Positions 24,458-37,033 of a DNA stretch of 64,000 nt are shown in pieces; the first letter of the stretch is position 1, and every line of letters begins with the position of its first letter. Below the pieces are notes generated by a model, which did no database searches, had not been told where the DNA came from, and saw nothing but the letters and a program-made list of their open reading frames with translations. Position numbers and translations under genes: made by a program. Origin of the DNA: Octopus vulgaris (lineage: Eukaryota); contig OX597815.1 of NCBI GenBank assembly GCA_951406725.2, positions 41,788,001 through 41,852,000 of the forward strand. Direction: 5' to 3'.

Positions 24458-24810
24458 TTATGTTTATCTTCTGTGTGTATTCTATTGACGAGGCAAAGCA
24501 TTCATAAATGCAAAGCCAGAAATCTGGATCTAGAATTATCCAGTAATTTTTACTAGTTTCATCTTGTCTCTTTGTTTTTTCTCTGTGTTGATATATGGAC
24601 AATTTAGGCGGTTTTAAAGTCAGATTATGGCTGCTATTTTCTGCATGGTTGTATCTCGTAGATACCCTAATTTATAATTTTTATAATTATTACCTTTGAA
24701 CGTTATTTTTTTCCATGCTGACCACTTGATAAAATCGTTTTTTTAAATTTTTAAATTAACGATTTCATCCTTATTTTCATGTATATATATATATATATAT
24801 ATTGTATATA

Positions 24811-25200
24811 TCATCATTTAACACCCGTTTTGCATGCTAGCACAGATTGGATGGTTTGACAGGAGCTGGTCAGCCAGAGATCTATACCAATTGTCTGTTT
24901 TGGCATGGTTACTACAGCTGGATACCCTTCCTAATGCCAACCACTTTAGTGTGTATCGGGTGCTTTTAACATGTCGCCAGCAGAGTTGTGTAACACATGG
25001 CATTGGCATGGGTGCTCCCTAGGTGACACCTGCACAGTTGCCTTTTATGTGGAAGTGGCACATGTGCTTTTTACATAGCACCAACACAGATACTCATCAC
25101 ATAACATTTGCACGAGTGCTCTATACATGGCACCGGAACAGGTGCTATGTTATGTGACACAGAAATGAGTGCATTTTATGTGACGCATCAGCAAGCTCAC
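24811..25200 (-). mobile_element. RTE-type 3'UTR variant
   Basis: tcatcatttaac...catgctagcac...cagctggatacccttcctaatgccaaccac, then degenerate gtgctttt units. Confidence 0.65.
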
Positions 25201-25783
25201 AATCTAAGGACCTTTCGGCTGAGAGAGGGAGTAGAACCAAGAGATCAAGGGATGACTGAGGCAGCCCTCTTACTACTGAGGAAATACTTGACTACTTCAG
25301 AAGGACAAGGAAGGTGGGAGGGAGTTAGAAAAACAGTCAGAGTGAGAGAGAGGGAGAGGCCTGCCCAGAGGTAACAGTGGGGGTAGTGCATATAGTCCAG
25401 AGGGGATAGAGGGGGATGTTCCATAAGAGCATGAGGGGAGATAACAGAGATAGCAAGTGATGTTGAAAAGAATTGGAGTGAGGGCAAGGAGAATAATTAC
25501 TGGGGTCAATAATTTGTTCAATAAAGCCCTTCAAGGCAGTACCCAGGATAGTTGCAACCTAATGACTGAAACAAATGGAAAAAAGGGAATGGTTAAAGAA
25601 CTTAATTACAGATGCTTTGCTTTCATACAATTGTACTCTTGTACACATCAGATGTACTACTGACTTTATCTATGAGAGGTAGATAAATCAAATTAATTAT
25701 GTGAGTATATACACGAGGTTATGTGGTTGTAAATATATGTACACTTGTATATATGCAAAACTATACGTGTTCAAATGAAGCTA

Positions 25784-25949
25784 CTTTCATACTGGACTAA
25801 CTGCCTTTATTGCAATAGCTGGATTTGATTAAACTGTACCAGTTATAAGGAAAAGTACACAGACCAAACCAGAAATTTCCTGTAGATAAATCTCTCAATC
25901 CTGTTTGAAGCTAGAGATTTTGATATATGTAGTTAGTCCAGTATGAAAG
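25784..25949. mobile_element. Small MITE, TA flanks
   Basis: TA|ctttcatactggactaact ... agttagtccagtatgaaag|TA; partial second copy at ~27510-27630. Confidence 0.75.
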
Positions 25950-26974
25950 TAATCCAGGGTATGTAAAAAATTTAGCAGGTTGGACAAAGATTGTAAACTA
26001 CACAGTCAAGTGTTTATATTGGTTGTACACTTTCCAGCAAAATTTTGCTAAGTTAAATGTCATGGGGTGGTATGCATTTCTTTCTTTTCTTTACATTGTA
26101 AAGATGATAAATTGTAAAAATTGTCTGAAGAAGTACTGTTACAAGAATCATAAATTTACAAAGATTTTTATGTATGTGAGAGATGAGTAGGGAATCAAAC
26201 ATATAAAATTAAATATTATTGTTATATGATTATGCATTCATGAAGGTATGTGACAGTAAATTTATAAGTGCAGAATTAATTTTTTTTTTTTTTTAGTAAG
26301 GTTGAGTAAAAAATTGTAAATTGCTTGTTCAAGTGTTTATACTCAACTTTCAGCAAAATTTCAAAATGTTAAATGCCATGTATGGTATGCTTTCATCCTA
26401 GTATTGAATTTCTTTTTCATTAGTCAAAATTATATATTATAAAATCTATCTATGGTTACGAAATAAAGATAATGAATTTATAAAATTTATGAAATTACTA
26501 GTATGTCTACGAGGGATAGCTAAATGATAGAGAATCAAACTTATATGGTAGGGTATCTACATGGTCAACTGAATTGCTAAAAATAACAGATCTCCTTTAA
26601 ACCATACTCTATTGTTTTAAAAAACAGAAAGGCACATTAGATATTCTTTGAAAGTCATGATGATCATGATGGGAATGCTTTTGATTAGTGCATGCTTGAT
26701 TATGGTTGACTAGAAGTTAGTAGCAAAAACAAGGACAGAAAAATATATATTTTCTTTTTGGGAACTGGATCTCAAAGCACATTAAGCTATAAATATCAGC
26801 ATGTAAACGATAGGTTGAAAAACCCTTTTGGGAAGAAGTTGAAGGCCTGTAGGACACAAACTCAGATCCCCTGTAGACATGACAAATGTTCTACCATTGG
26901 AGCAAAGCAAATTTCTCTAACCATTTTAGAAATTTTATTCTTAACAGTGAAAACTGTATATTGTTGATGTCATA

Positions 26975-27370
26975 AGGTGCAGGTGTGGCTGTGTGGTAAG
27001 AAGCTTGCTTCCCAACTACATGTTTCCTGGTTTCAGTTCCACTGCATGGCACCTTGGGCAAGTGTCTTCTACTAAAGCTTTGGGCTGACCAAAGCCTTGT
27101 GAGTGGATGTGTTAGGCAGAAACTGATAGAAGTCCATCATGTGTGTGTGTATGTGTTTGTGTGTGTCTTTATTTGTCTCCTGCTACTGCTTGGCAACTGG
27201 TGTTGGTGTGTTTACATCTCTGTAACTAAGTGATTCAGTGAAAAGAGACCGACAGAATAAGTACTAAGCTTAGCAATGAATTTATGTACTAGGGTTTATT
27301 TATTCAACTAAAAAATTCTTCAAGGCAGTGCCCTAGCTTGACTGCAGTCTAATGACAAACAAGTAATAAA
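26975..27370 (+). mobile_element. SINE family A
   Basis: aggtgcaggtgtggctgtgtggtaag...ccttgggcaagtgtcttct...acaagtaa. Confidence 0.85.
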
Positions 27371-28024
27371 AAAATATATATATATATTTTTCTGGAACTG
27401 GATCGCAAAGCATATAAAGCTTTAATTTGCTTAGATAGCATCCTCTTACTATTTTAAAATAGCATACTTAATGCTTCAAGATTTTTATCCTAGTGGTTGG
27501 TTTTAATTAACATATCCCAATCATAAGGAAAAGTACATAAATCAAACCAGAATTTTACTGTCCTTTGACAAACTTCTCAATCATGTCAGAAACAATATGA
27601 TGATGATGAAATGCAGTTAGTCCAGTATAAAAATCATAAAAACATAACTATTGCATGAATTTGGATATAATTTGCTGGTGTACATTATAAAAGTGCTTTT
27701 TTACATGTTATTGTTGACTTTTACTCATCATATCCTTTCACTGGCAAAGGCAGATTGAATATAATTAACCTGATTAGATGTAAATGTTTTCACACATGTT
27801 TACAAGATATTGATTTCAGGGTATCAATTTCCTAATTAAGTAATTAATAAATAATATCACCAAATTCTAGATCATCTACTGAGGTGTTAATCACTGTTAC
27901 GCTCAAAAACTGAAGGAAGAAAAGTACTTGGAGAAATTTACTTGATAAAATGCAAAATATAAATACATGATACAAATATGAAGTGTTTGGACAGGAAGTC
28001 AATGATATATATTTATAATATACT

Positions 28025-28643
28025 AGTGCTGTTGGTTATGACAACGGTTCCAGTTGATCCAATCAACCGAATAGCTTGCTCATTAAATTAGCGTGCAAGT
28101 GGCTGGGCATTCCCTTAAAGTGGAGGCACATGGCCTAGTGGTTAGAGCAGCAGACTCGCGGTTGAGGATTCACGGGTTCGAATCTCAGACCAGGCAATGT
28201 GTGTGTGTTTATGAGCGAAACACCTAAGCTCCACGCGGCTCCAGCAGAAGGTAACGGTGAACTTCTGCAGACTCTTTTGCCACAACTTTCTCTCACTCTT
28301 TCCTCCTGCATCTAGCAGTTCACCTGCGACGGACTGGCGTCCTGTCCAGGTGGGGAACCTATACGCCAAGGAAACCGGGAAACCGGCCCTTATGAGCCAG
28401 GCATGGCTCGAGAAGGAACAAACAACATTCCCTTAACGTAGTTCTCAGGGAGATTCAGCATGACACAGAATGTGGCAAGGTTGGCCCTTTGAAATACAGG
28501 TACTCCTCATTTTTTCCAGCTGAGTGGACTGGAGCAATGTGAAATAAAGTGCTTTGCTCAAGAACACAACATGCTGTTGGTAATCGAACTCACAACCTTA
28601 CAATTGTGAATCGGATACCCTAACTGCTAAGCCATACACCTTC
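28025..28643 (-). mobile_element. SINE family D with tail type 2, interrupted by a family C SINE
   Basis: Minus head gtgtatggcttagcagttagg..., CORE-like gtgttcttgagcaaagcacttt, tail caaagggccaaccttg...ggatcaactggaacc. Confidence 0.75.
28119..28425 (+). mobile_element. SINE family C (tRNA-Arg-like head) with tail type 1, 11-bp TSD
   Basis: tggaggcacatggcctagtggttagagcagcagactcgcgg...gggttcgaatc; TSD cattcccttaa at 28108-28118 and 28426-28436. Confidence 0.9.
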
Positions 28644-28789
28644 ACTATATGTGTGTGTGTGTGTGTGCATACACACATCACAGATAATTACATAGATTGC
28701 TTATTTAGGTTGATCGACTGGACTGTTACTCTGCAGTTTCCCCAATATGTTGTTACTTCCTCAAGCAATCTGCCTGCCTGCCTGCCTGC

Positions 28790-28852
<63 letters not shown>

Positions 28853-28869
28853 CTGTTTCTTACACTTTT

Positions 28870-29061
28870 TTTTTAATAGAAGAATGAGAACATTACTCCA
28901 TTACAAAAAACCGTAATCAGATGAAATGTAACTTTACAAACAAAAGAATATTCCAAGAATACAGCAGGGGCATGGCTAAAGGCTGTCGGCAGACTTCAAC
29001 CATGTCCCTGATGATTACGGCTTTTTGTAATGGAGAAATGTTCTCATTCTTCTATTAAAAA
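28870..29061. mobile_element. MITE-like element with ~50-bp inverted arms
   Basis: ttaatagaagaatgagaacattactccattacaaaaaaccgtaatca and its near-perfect reverse complement at 29012-29061. Confidence 0.75.
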
Positions 29062-30255
29062 ATTCATAAGAAACAGTTGTAATAAGCTGATATTTATCCA
29101 TCATCATTTGATTATAATACACCAAGGGGGTTTACAACTGGTCGGACACCCTAGAATATACCAACAATGTACAATGCAACATAATGCATGCTTTGGACCA
29201 GTCCCTAAGCACTAAATACTCATAGGGTGGTTTTCTCTGTGTACACAACCAGAATATCCTATTTGATACTTACCAACCATAGGCCAGAACCACAGGTTTA
29301 TCCAACCCTATACCTTTTCAAGTACCTGATTCTATATGAATCCTTATTTTACTATATATGTGGTAAAATATAAGAGAAAGAAAAATGGAATTCATGAGAC
29401 TATTATTTAGTTCAATGGTTTTGACCCATCTAATTGGTTTGACAAAAAAGACCAATAGAATAAGTACCAGGCTTTAAAAAAAATGGCTTAAATTACTTGA
29501 GTAGAAATTCTTCAACATGGCTACAGTCTAATGACGGAAACAAGTAAAAGATAAAAGATTATTCTTAATCCAATCAGTTTTGAGAGCTACATATGGTTGT
29601 CAAATGTTTCTTATGACATCTGAAATGCCTAATAAAAATTCCTTACATGTCTTGAGAGCCTTATTGTGTCTCTCAGGTTTTTGTCAGGTATATATGCTTT
29701 CTTTAAAGATATAATGAAAAGAACAAAAGAAATTCCTAACATTATGAACAGTTTTAATTATGCAGAAAAAATGTGGCAAGTCAACCAATAGTGTTGGACA
29801 GGGAAATGGTTAAGAACATTTAATCTATTTATTCTTTCAATTTGCCTGTTTCTTGATCTTTGTAACTCCCCTTACTGATACCAAGATGTTAAGTTAGAGA
29901 ACTACATAATTGCACCATTTACCAATTCCAGCAGTCTTTGAAATTGAAAGTTGCAAGCTACTTATCATGATGCTGTTCACCTGAAGATTGTTATTACACA
30001 AACTTCCAGACAGTTGCCATCTACCAATTTTATTCACGAAGCTTGCATAACTCCAAGGCTATATGAGACATTTATCCAAGATGCTACACAATAAATAGAA
30101 CCCAAAATCATATTATACATGGGTGTGCACACGTGCACACACAAGGTTTCCACAGTTTCCACCAGCCAATTTCACTCACAAAGCCTGGTTAAACCAAGGC
30201 CATACAAGATAATTGTCCAAGATGCAACACAGTGGGACAGAACTTAAAATCATGT

Positions 30256-30399
30256 TGTGGTAAGTAACTTGCTTATGAACCACATAGATCTGGGTTCAGT
30301 CCCACTGCGTGGCACCTTGAGCAAGTGTCTTCTACTATAGCCTCAGGCCGACCAAAGCCTTGTGAGTGGATTTGGTAGACAGAAACTGAAAGAAGCCTG

Positions 30400-30450
<51 letters not shown>

Positions 30451-30638
30451 TGTGTTTGTCCCCCCCAACATCCCTTGACAACTGATGCTGCTGTGTTTAC
30501 GTCACGTTCAGCAAAAGAGACCGATAGAATAAGTACTAGGCATCCAAAGAATAAATCCTGGGGTCGATTTGCTCGACTAAAGAGTGCTCCAGCATGGCTG
30601 CAGTCAAATGACTGAAACAAGTAAAAGAGTATAGAGTA
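30256..30638 (+). mobile_element. SINE family A, fused head-to-head with older antisense heads
   Basis: Family A body with a (TG)n core; degenerate antisense heads at ~30000-30255 abut it. Confidence 0.85.
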
Positions 30639-31555
30639 CACAATGAAGGGGAAACCAGGCCATCGAGCAAGAGTTCAGAAATTCATGGGAAAGCAAGATA
30701 TTAATATCTTAATTTTAGTATAATTCATAAATGTGTTCGTTTTCCCACCACTTTATTATTGTTATATTACCCAGGCCTATATACATGTAATGCGCTCATA
30801 TTACAAGTGTTGCACTTAAAAATTTAACAGTTCAGTGTACCAGCAAGAATGACATGTTAATATTATTATCATTATTATTATTATTATTATTTATTGTTGT
30901 TGTTATTAGCATTCAAAAATTGATAAAAGTAAATTCCAGTTATGTAACAATGTAACATGAAAAACTATAATCAATAAAAAATCTTTTCCTAAGATTAATT
31001 AATAAATAATACATCCTTCAATCTGGACATAGCACAGATTGATTTTATCAGTAAAAATAGAGTTTACTGGTTGCCCAGCAACACTTCCCAAGATAAGCCG
31101 AACAGATTTAGATAAAGTGCTTCCAACAGAAGTAAACAAACACAAGCGGAGGGGCTCAGATGGTTGAGGAGATAGGGTACAAGCCTATCAGCCTTAGAAA
31201 TCAGTGGTTCATACTCTGTTGCAAGTATTATGGCCACAGCACTTCATTTTCAAATTACTTAACCTATATATCTATCTGTGTGTGTGTTGTTTTACTGTCC
31301 ACTTTTCCCTGCTTACATTGAATGGATGGAATCTGTTGGGGAAAGATTTTCTATGGCCAGACGCTCCTTTCTCTTGCCAACATTCACCTGTTTCCTAGTA
31401 AGGTAATATTTCCCCATGCCATAACCCAGACATGTTTTCATGGAAGATTGGAAACAAAGAACACTACTTGCATGATAGTGACTCATATTTACAACTATCT
31501 AACAATGTGATAGTAACACACACATACATGCATGTACACACATACACACTTATTA

Positions 31556-31850
31556 GAGGGCACATGGCCTAATGATTAGGGTGATGCGCTCACAAACGTG
31601 AGATTGTAGCTTCAATTCCTAGACCAGGTGGTGTGTTGTGTTCTTGAGCAAAACAGTTCATCTCACGTTGATAAGCAATCACTTCAACACCTGACGTGTG
31701 GCACACTGTGGACTTGCGCAGGCAACGTCAATTTGATGGAGAGTAGCTAATGTATGGTACATACATTTGATCACTATAAACAAATCATTTATGGGGGTCA
31801 TTTGGCATAAGCTAAACAGCCATACATTGTCTTCAATGGGAGAGTCCATC
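31556..31850 (+). mobile_element. SINE family D head with a further tail type
   Basis: gggcacatggcctaatgattagg...ttcaattcctagacc...gtgttcttgagcaaaaca, then a tail not seen on other family D copies. Confidence 0.65.
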
Positions 31851-32824
31851 ATATGTATGTATATATATCATCATCATCATTGTTCAATGTTCGCTTTCCA
31901 TACTGGCATGGGTTGGACGATTTGACTGAGGACTGGCAAACCAGATGGCTGCACCAAACCCCATATATATATATGCAACAGTAGGAAGGGCATCCAGCTG
32001 TAGAAACCTTGCCAGTTCAGATTGGAGCCTGCTGCAGCCTACCGGCTTGCCAGTCCTCAGTCAAACCCATGCCAGCAGGGAAAGCAGATGTTAAATGATG
32101 ATAATGATGATGAACAGGTTTCTTTTAGATTCTGTCAAGCAAATCCACCATGGCTTTGGTTGGTGTGGAGCAATAATAGAAGACACCTTCATTGTGCAAC
32201 TGAACTTGGAACCATGTGGTTGGGAAGCAAACTTCTTACCACACAACCATGCCTGCACCTATAATATGCATCATTTAAGCAGTTAATTAGTATAGTCCAA
32301 CCAGTTGTCACCTGCAAGTATGACTTGGTAACATGCACTATGTTTTTATTTTACTAATTGTTTTTGGTGCCTATGTAATCATGCGCTGATATAGACACCC
32401 TCACAGCCTCCTTCTTTATGAACCAGTACAACATCCAGGATGTAACAGCTGAAGGAACAGAGGAATATACCAGCAACAAACTGGTACTTGCAACTGAGTA
32501 ACAAGAAATAGAGTACCTTCCTCAAGGACATGGCATGCTGACCAGTCCAGGAACTCAACACATATTGAGACCATGTGCCAAACACCCTAATCTCTAAGCC
32601 CACCTCATTACAAGCCACTGACTGTTAATTTTTAGAATGACATTGTAGAATATGTGTGAGAGACAGAATCTGGGCAAGATATGACTTTAGCATTCAGATT
32701 ATTCTGACAAATATAATATTTATTTATTCAAATTGTTTTGAATTAATCAAGCCTATTATCATAGCTTTGAGATTTTGGTAATGTTATTATTTTTAGAATT
32801 ACATTGCAGAATAGGTGTGAGAGC

Positions 32825-33056
32825 AAGGCGGCAAGCTGGCAGAAATGTTAGCACACCGGGAAAAATGCTTAGCAGTATTTCGTCTGCCGTTAGGTTCTGG
32901 GTTCAAATTCCACCGAGGTCGACTTAGCCTTTCATCCTTTCGGTGTCGATAAATTAAGTACCAGTTACACACTGGGTTCGATATAATTGACTTAATCCAT
33001 TTGTCTGTCCTTGTTTGTCCCCTCTATGTTTAGCCCCTTGTGGGCAATAAAGAAAT
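32825..33056 (+). mobile_element. SINE family B nested in a TTAA-MITE
   Basis: aaggcggcaagctggcagaa...gccccttgtgggcaataaagaaat; imperfect TSD cagaatagg(t/a)gtga. Confidence 0.85.
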
Positions 33057-33759
33057 CAGAATAGGAGTGAAAGGCCAGATTTAGTCACGTGAATCATGAC
33101 AGATTAATTGCATGCACAATATTTTTTCGTTCTTTTTGTTACCAAAGTGATAATTTACAATTAGTTGAAGAGAAATTTGCTGAAATCCACAGCATTTGTT
33201 TGTAGACCCTAATTAACAACTATCAAACCAGAAAATAATTTACATTCATGTAAATGATAACCTAAATTACTTTCTGGTTTGTTGCTTGTTAATTTATCTT
33301 AATGATAAAGAGAGCTATTTATGAGTACTCAGACACCAAGTACTATTTGTTAATGGTCACAAGAAAGAGATTTTAAGTTCAAAATCCCATTCTGAGAAAT
33401 AAACACCAAAAATGTCTGAAGCATTGAAGATTATTTTAACAAATGTTTTTTTTTTGCTCTTTTTTTTTTCATAGAAAAACATTGAAGACTCCTATTGTTT
33501 TCCTCTATTTTACTTGTTTCAGTCATTAAACCGCGACCATGCTGGGGCACCATCTTGAGGAATTTTAGTTGAATAAATTGACTCCAGTACATTTCTTGTT
33601 AAGCCTGGTACATATTCTGTCAGCCTCTTGGTGATGGGGAACAAACACAAAAATGCACACACACACACACACAAGGTAGAATAAGAAATAGAAAGTCCTT
33701 GGTATAGTAATATATATTTGAAAAATAAATTCTTTTATTCCTTTTTCTTTTAATTCTTT

Positions 33760-33950
33760 TATTTGTTTCAGTCATTTGACTCTGGCCGTGCTAGAGCACC
33801 ACCTTTAGTTGAGCAAATCGACCCCAGGACTTATTCTTTGTGAACTAGTACTTATTCTATCAGTCTCTTTTGCCAAACTGCTAAGTGACAGGGACGTAAA
33901 CACACCAGCATTGGTTTCAAGCGATGTTGGGGGATAAACACAGACACACA

Positions 33951-33985
<35 letters not shown>

Positions 33986-34141
33986 GACAAGTTTCTTTCA
34001 GTTTCCGTCTACCAAATCCACTCACAAGGCTTTGGTCGGCCGAGACTATAGTAGAAGACACTTGCCCAACGTGCCATGCAGTGGGAGTGAATCTGGAACC
34101 ATGTGGTTGGTAAGCAAGCTACTTACCACACAGCCACTCCT
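33760..34141 (-). mobile_element. SINE family A
   Basis: Full head, CORE-like domain, (TA)n and tail on the minus strand. Confidence 0.88.
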
Positions 34142-34644
34142 GTGTTTCTATAGTTCAGAGCTGAACAACAGTAGCTGCAGCTGCAACAGAGAAGGTGGGG
34201 TGAACAAATAGAACAGACAGACAGAACAGATAGAAGGATAAAAAAATTCTTAGGTGACTCAATGGCTCAGTGGATGAATTAATAGCTGCTCAGAGTAACA
34301 ATATAACCTCTTTCCTTGAAATTGAATAGATCAAAGGAAATCACTGAAAAGTAGATAATGAATCGATCCAAAATATCATTTACATCTCATATAGGCGGTT
34401 GGCAAGACAGAAATCTAATTAAGTGCCTTGTAAATCTGTAGTCATTTATAACTTTCTCCATCACATTGTTATCCACTTTTGTTAAAAAGAAACCTTTTGT
34501 GCATCATAATGTAAAGTCAGGGAACAGAAGTAAATGGAATAGTTCCTTTGAATTCATTCTACAGCTTTACCTGAGACAGTGACAATATCATTTGGATAAG
34601 AAATATAATAAATTTGGCTAAGTGCAAAGACGTTATACTAACCA

Positions 34645-35000
34645 TTCATCATCATCTTTTAATGCCTGTTGTCCATGCTGGCATGGGTCAGATGGTTTGA
34701 CCAGGGCTAGTAGGCTGAGGGGCTGCACCAGACTCCAATCTGATTTGGCATGGTTCCTATGGCTGGATGCCCTTCCTAACACCAACCACTCTGAGAGAGT
34801 AATGGATGCTTTGATGTGCCAATGGCACGGGTGCCAGTTGTGTGACACCAGTATCTGCCACAACTATGATTTTACTTGGTTTGATGAGCCTTCTTCTCAA
34901 GCACAGTCTATTGCCAAAGGTCTTGACCATTTGTCATTGCCTCCATGAGGCCCAATGCTCGAAAGGTGCTTTTTACATGCCACCAGCACAGGTGCTAGGG
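34645..35000 (-). mobile_element. RTE LINE 3' end
   Basis: (CAT)n tail, ggctggatgcccttcctaacaccaaccac, and a remnant of the ORF end (gaggcccaatgctcgaaagg) as in 10460-10480. Confidence 0.75.
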
Positions 35001-35019
35001 TTACTGAGAAGTTATGTCA

Positions 35020-35545
35020 TATTTTCAAACAAATGGTTTAACATTATATCACAAGAAGATCCATGTCAGTCTATCTACAACTTATCACAGAGGTTTAATA
35101 AACCTAGGTTCACTGTGTAAGATCTCAATCTCAGTTAGATTTGGGAAAGTGCACAGAGAAGGGCAATGGGTACCTCATCAGCATTTCCTTGATAATAAAG
35201 GCTACATTAAAAAAAAATAATTCAAAGTAAGATAAATTCATTAGGCTAAGGAAGCTCTACTTCACCTTCCCAACTCCACCATCAGATTTTTGTTTATTCA
35301 GGTCATTATCAGTGGAAAACATTCAGAAGCAAGAATGATGTCAAAACGGCATTCCAAATATTTTTGTCTTCTAGAGAACCTGATCTTTTTGCTCGAGGAA
35401 TCAGAAAACTGGTTTTGAGGTGAGAAAATGTTATTGCTAATGACGGCAATTATATTTTGAATGAATAAATATATTTATGAAATGCTTTAAGCTGATTTGA
35501 ACTCATAAATTACATGTGACATGACTTTTTGGTATCGCTAATATA
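35020..35545 (+). mobile_element. Internally deleted mariner transposon
   Basis: GKVHREGQWVPHQ (WVPHEL motif), SDF.LFRSL, GKTF.S.NDVKTA, FARGIRKLV.R*ENVIANDGNY, then a TIR-like end. Confidence 0.8.
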
Positions 35546-35554
35546 TAAATATTC

Positions 35555-35708
35555 CTGTTGTGTCTGGGGAGAGTGATTTTCTTTTTGTGCCTTATAATGG
35601 AACACACTCACCGGTAAAATTTCCACTTATTTCTTATTTCTATTTTTACCGGTGAGTGTGTTACATTATAAGGCACAAAAAGAAAATGACTCTCCCCAGA
35701 CACAACAG
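35555..35708. repeat. Near-perfect 65-bp inverted repeat (hairpin / MITE-like)
   Basis: Arms 35555-35619 and 35644-35708 with 2 mismatches and a 24-nt loop. Confidence 0.9.
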
Positions 35709-36801
35709 AATATACTTCAACACACGAACTCATGTAAAGAATCTTGTGAACCAAATCCAAAAACGAAATATAAATATTCCTGCAATAGATTATGTATCCA
35801 TAACAGGGAATCACTGAGAAACCTTCTGAATTCTGAATGGTAGCTTATCATTCAATTATCAATGTGAATGTATTCTTAATTAAAAATATTTCTTTAATGC
35901 ACATATTTACATACAGAATAACAGAAATGTTTATACATCAACTCTCTCTTTCACACACACACACACACACATACATACAAACATCAGTATTGATATAGAC
36001 CCATTTACCAGCATTATAACATTCAATATGCATATCGTATATATATATATGTTCATCAACAAACATCCTTCATACACTGCCTATGTAATTGACTGAACAC
36101 ATTCAGTACATGTTAGCATACGTAAACAACCTCACATGTAAATCTGCAGAAAGATGTAGTCATAACTTTTTTGTATTTAAAACAGTCACGCATGCATTAT
36201 CTCCCTTCCTTTCACTAACCCAGTGTCCAACATTAGCTGAGCATTTTAACAATAAATAAATTGCAGACTTACAAGTAATGGTAAGAGAGAAAGAAAAAAT
36301 ACAGTGAGCCAGAGTTTGTATGAGAGAGAGAGAAAGAAAGCAAGAAGGAGTGGAGACAATCTTCTAAATTTAACCTTGAAGCCACAAAACTATCAGTTTA
36401 GCTTTAATTGCAAAGAATTAGCAGTATTGAAGTCTCAGTTCAAAGAATGGTACAGTTCCACCCACTCCTTCCTAATTCTTCAGTGACCTAGTCATCTTTG
36501 CTCCAGATTGAAAAACTGGTGAAACATTTGTATGATAGCATATATTTTCCTTGAACTGTTGAAAATATCATTTTCATAATTTTTCTTTCTCTCCTTTCCT
36601 ACTACTATCTCTCATAATCATTACTACCATTCACATCCTCAATATATAATACTTATATGCTTTATATGTTGTACACATTTGAATAACACCTTCTCTTTAT
36701 ATAGCATGCGTATATATACATACACACACACATATATGTGTGTGTGTATAAGTATATGTATGTATATATATAGATGTATTATTCTTAAATAAGAATAATA
36801 T

Positions 36802-36960
36802 AGGTGCTGATGTGGCCGTGTGGTAAGAAGTTTGCTTTCCAACCATATGGCTCTCGATCAAGTCCCCACTACATGACATGTTGGGCAAGTGTCTTCTACT
36901 ATAGCCTCAGGCTAACCAAAGCCTTGTGAGTGTATTTGTTAGACATACTGAAAGAAGCCC

Positions 36961-37033
<73 letters not shown>

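Noticed and set aside
28119-28200. tRNA-Arg-like gene (also at 41183, 52414, 56483 and 63850-63921)
   Set aside because: A/B boxes are present but run on into SINE bodies, with a TSD at 28119; no complete acceptor stem
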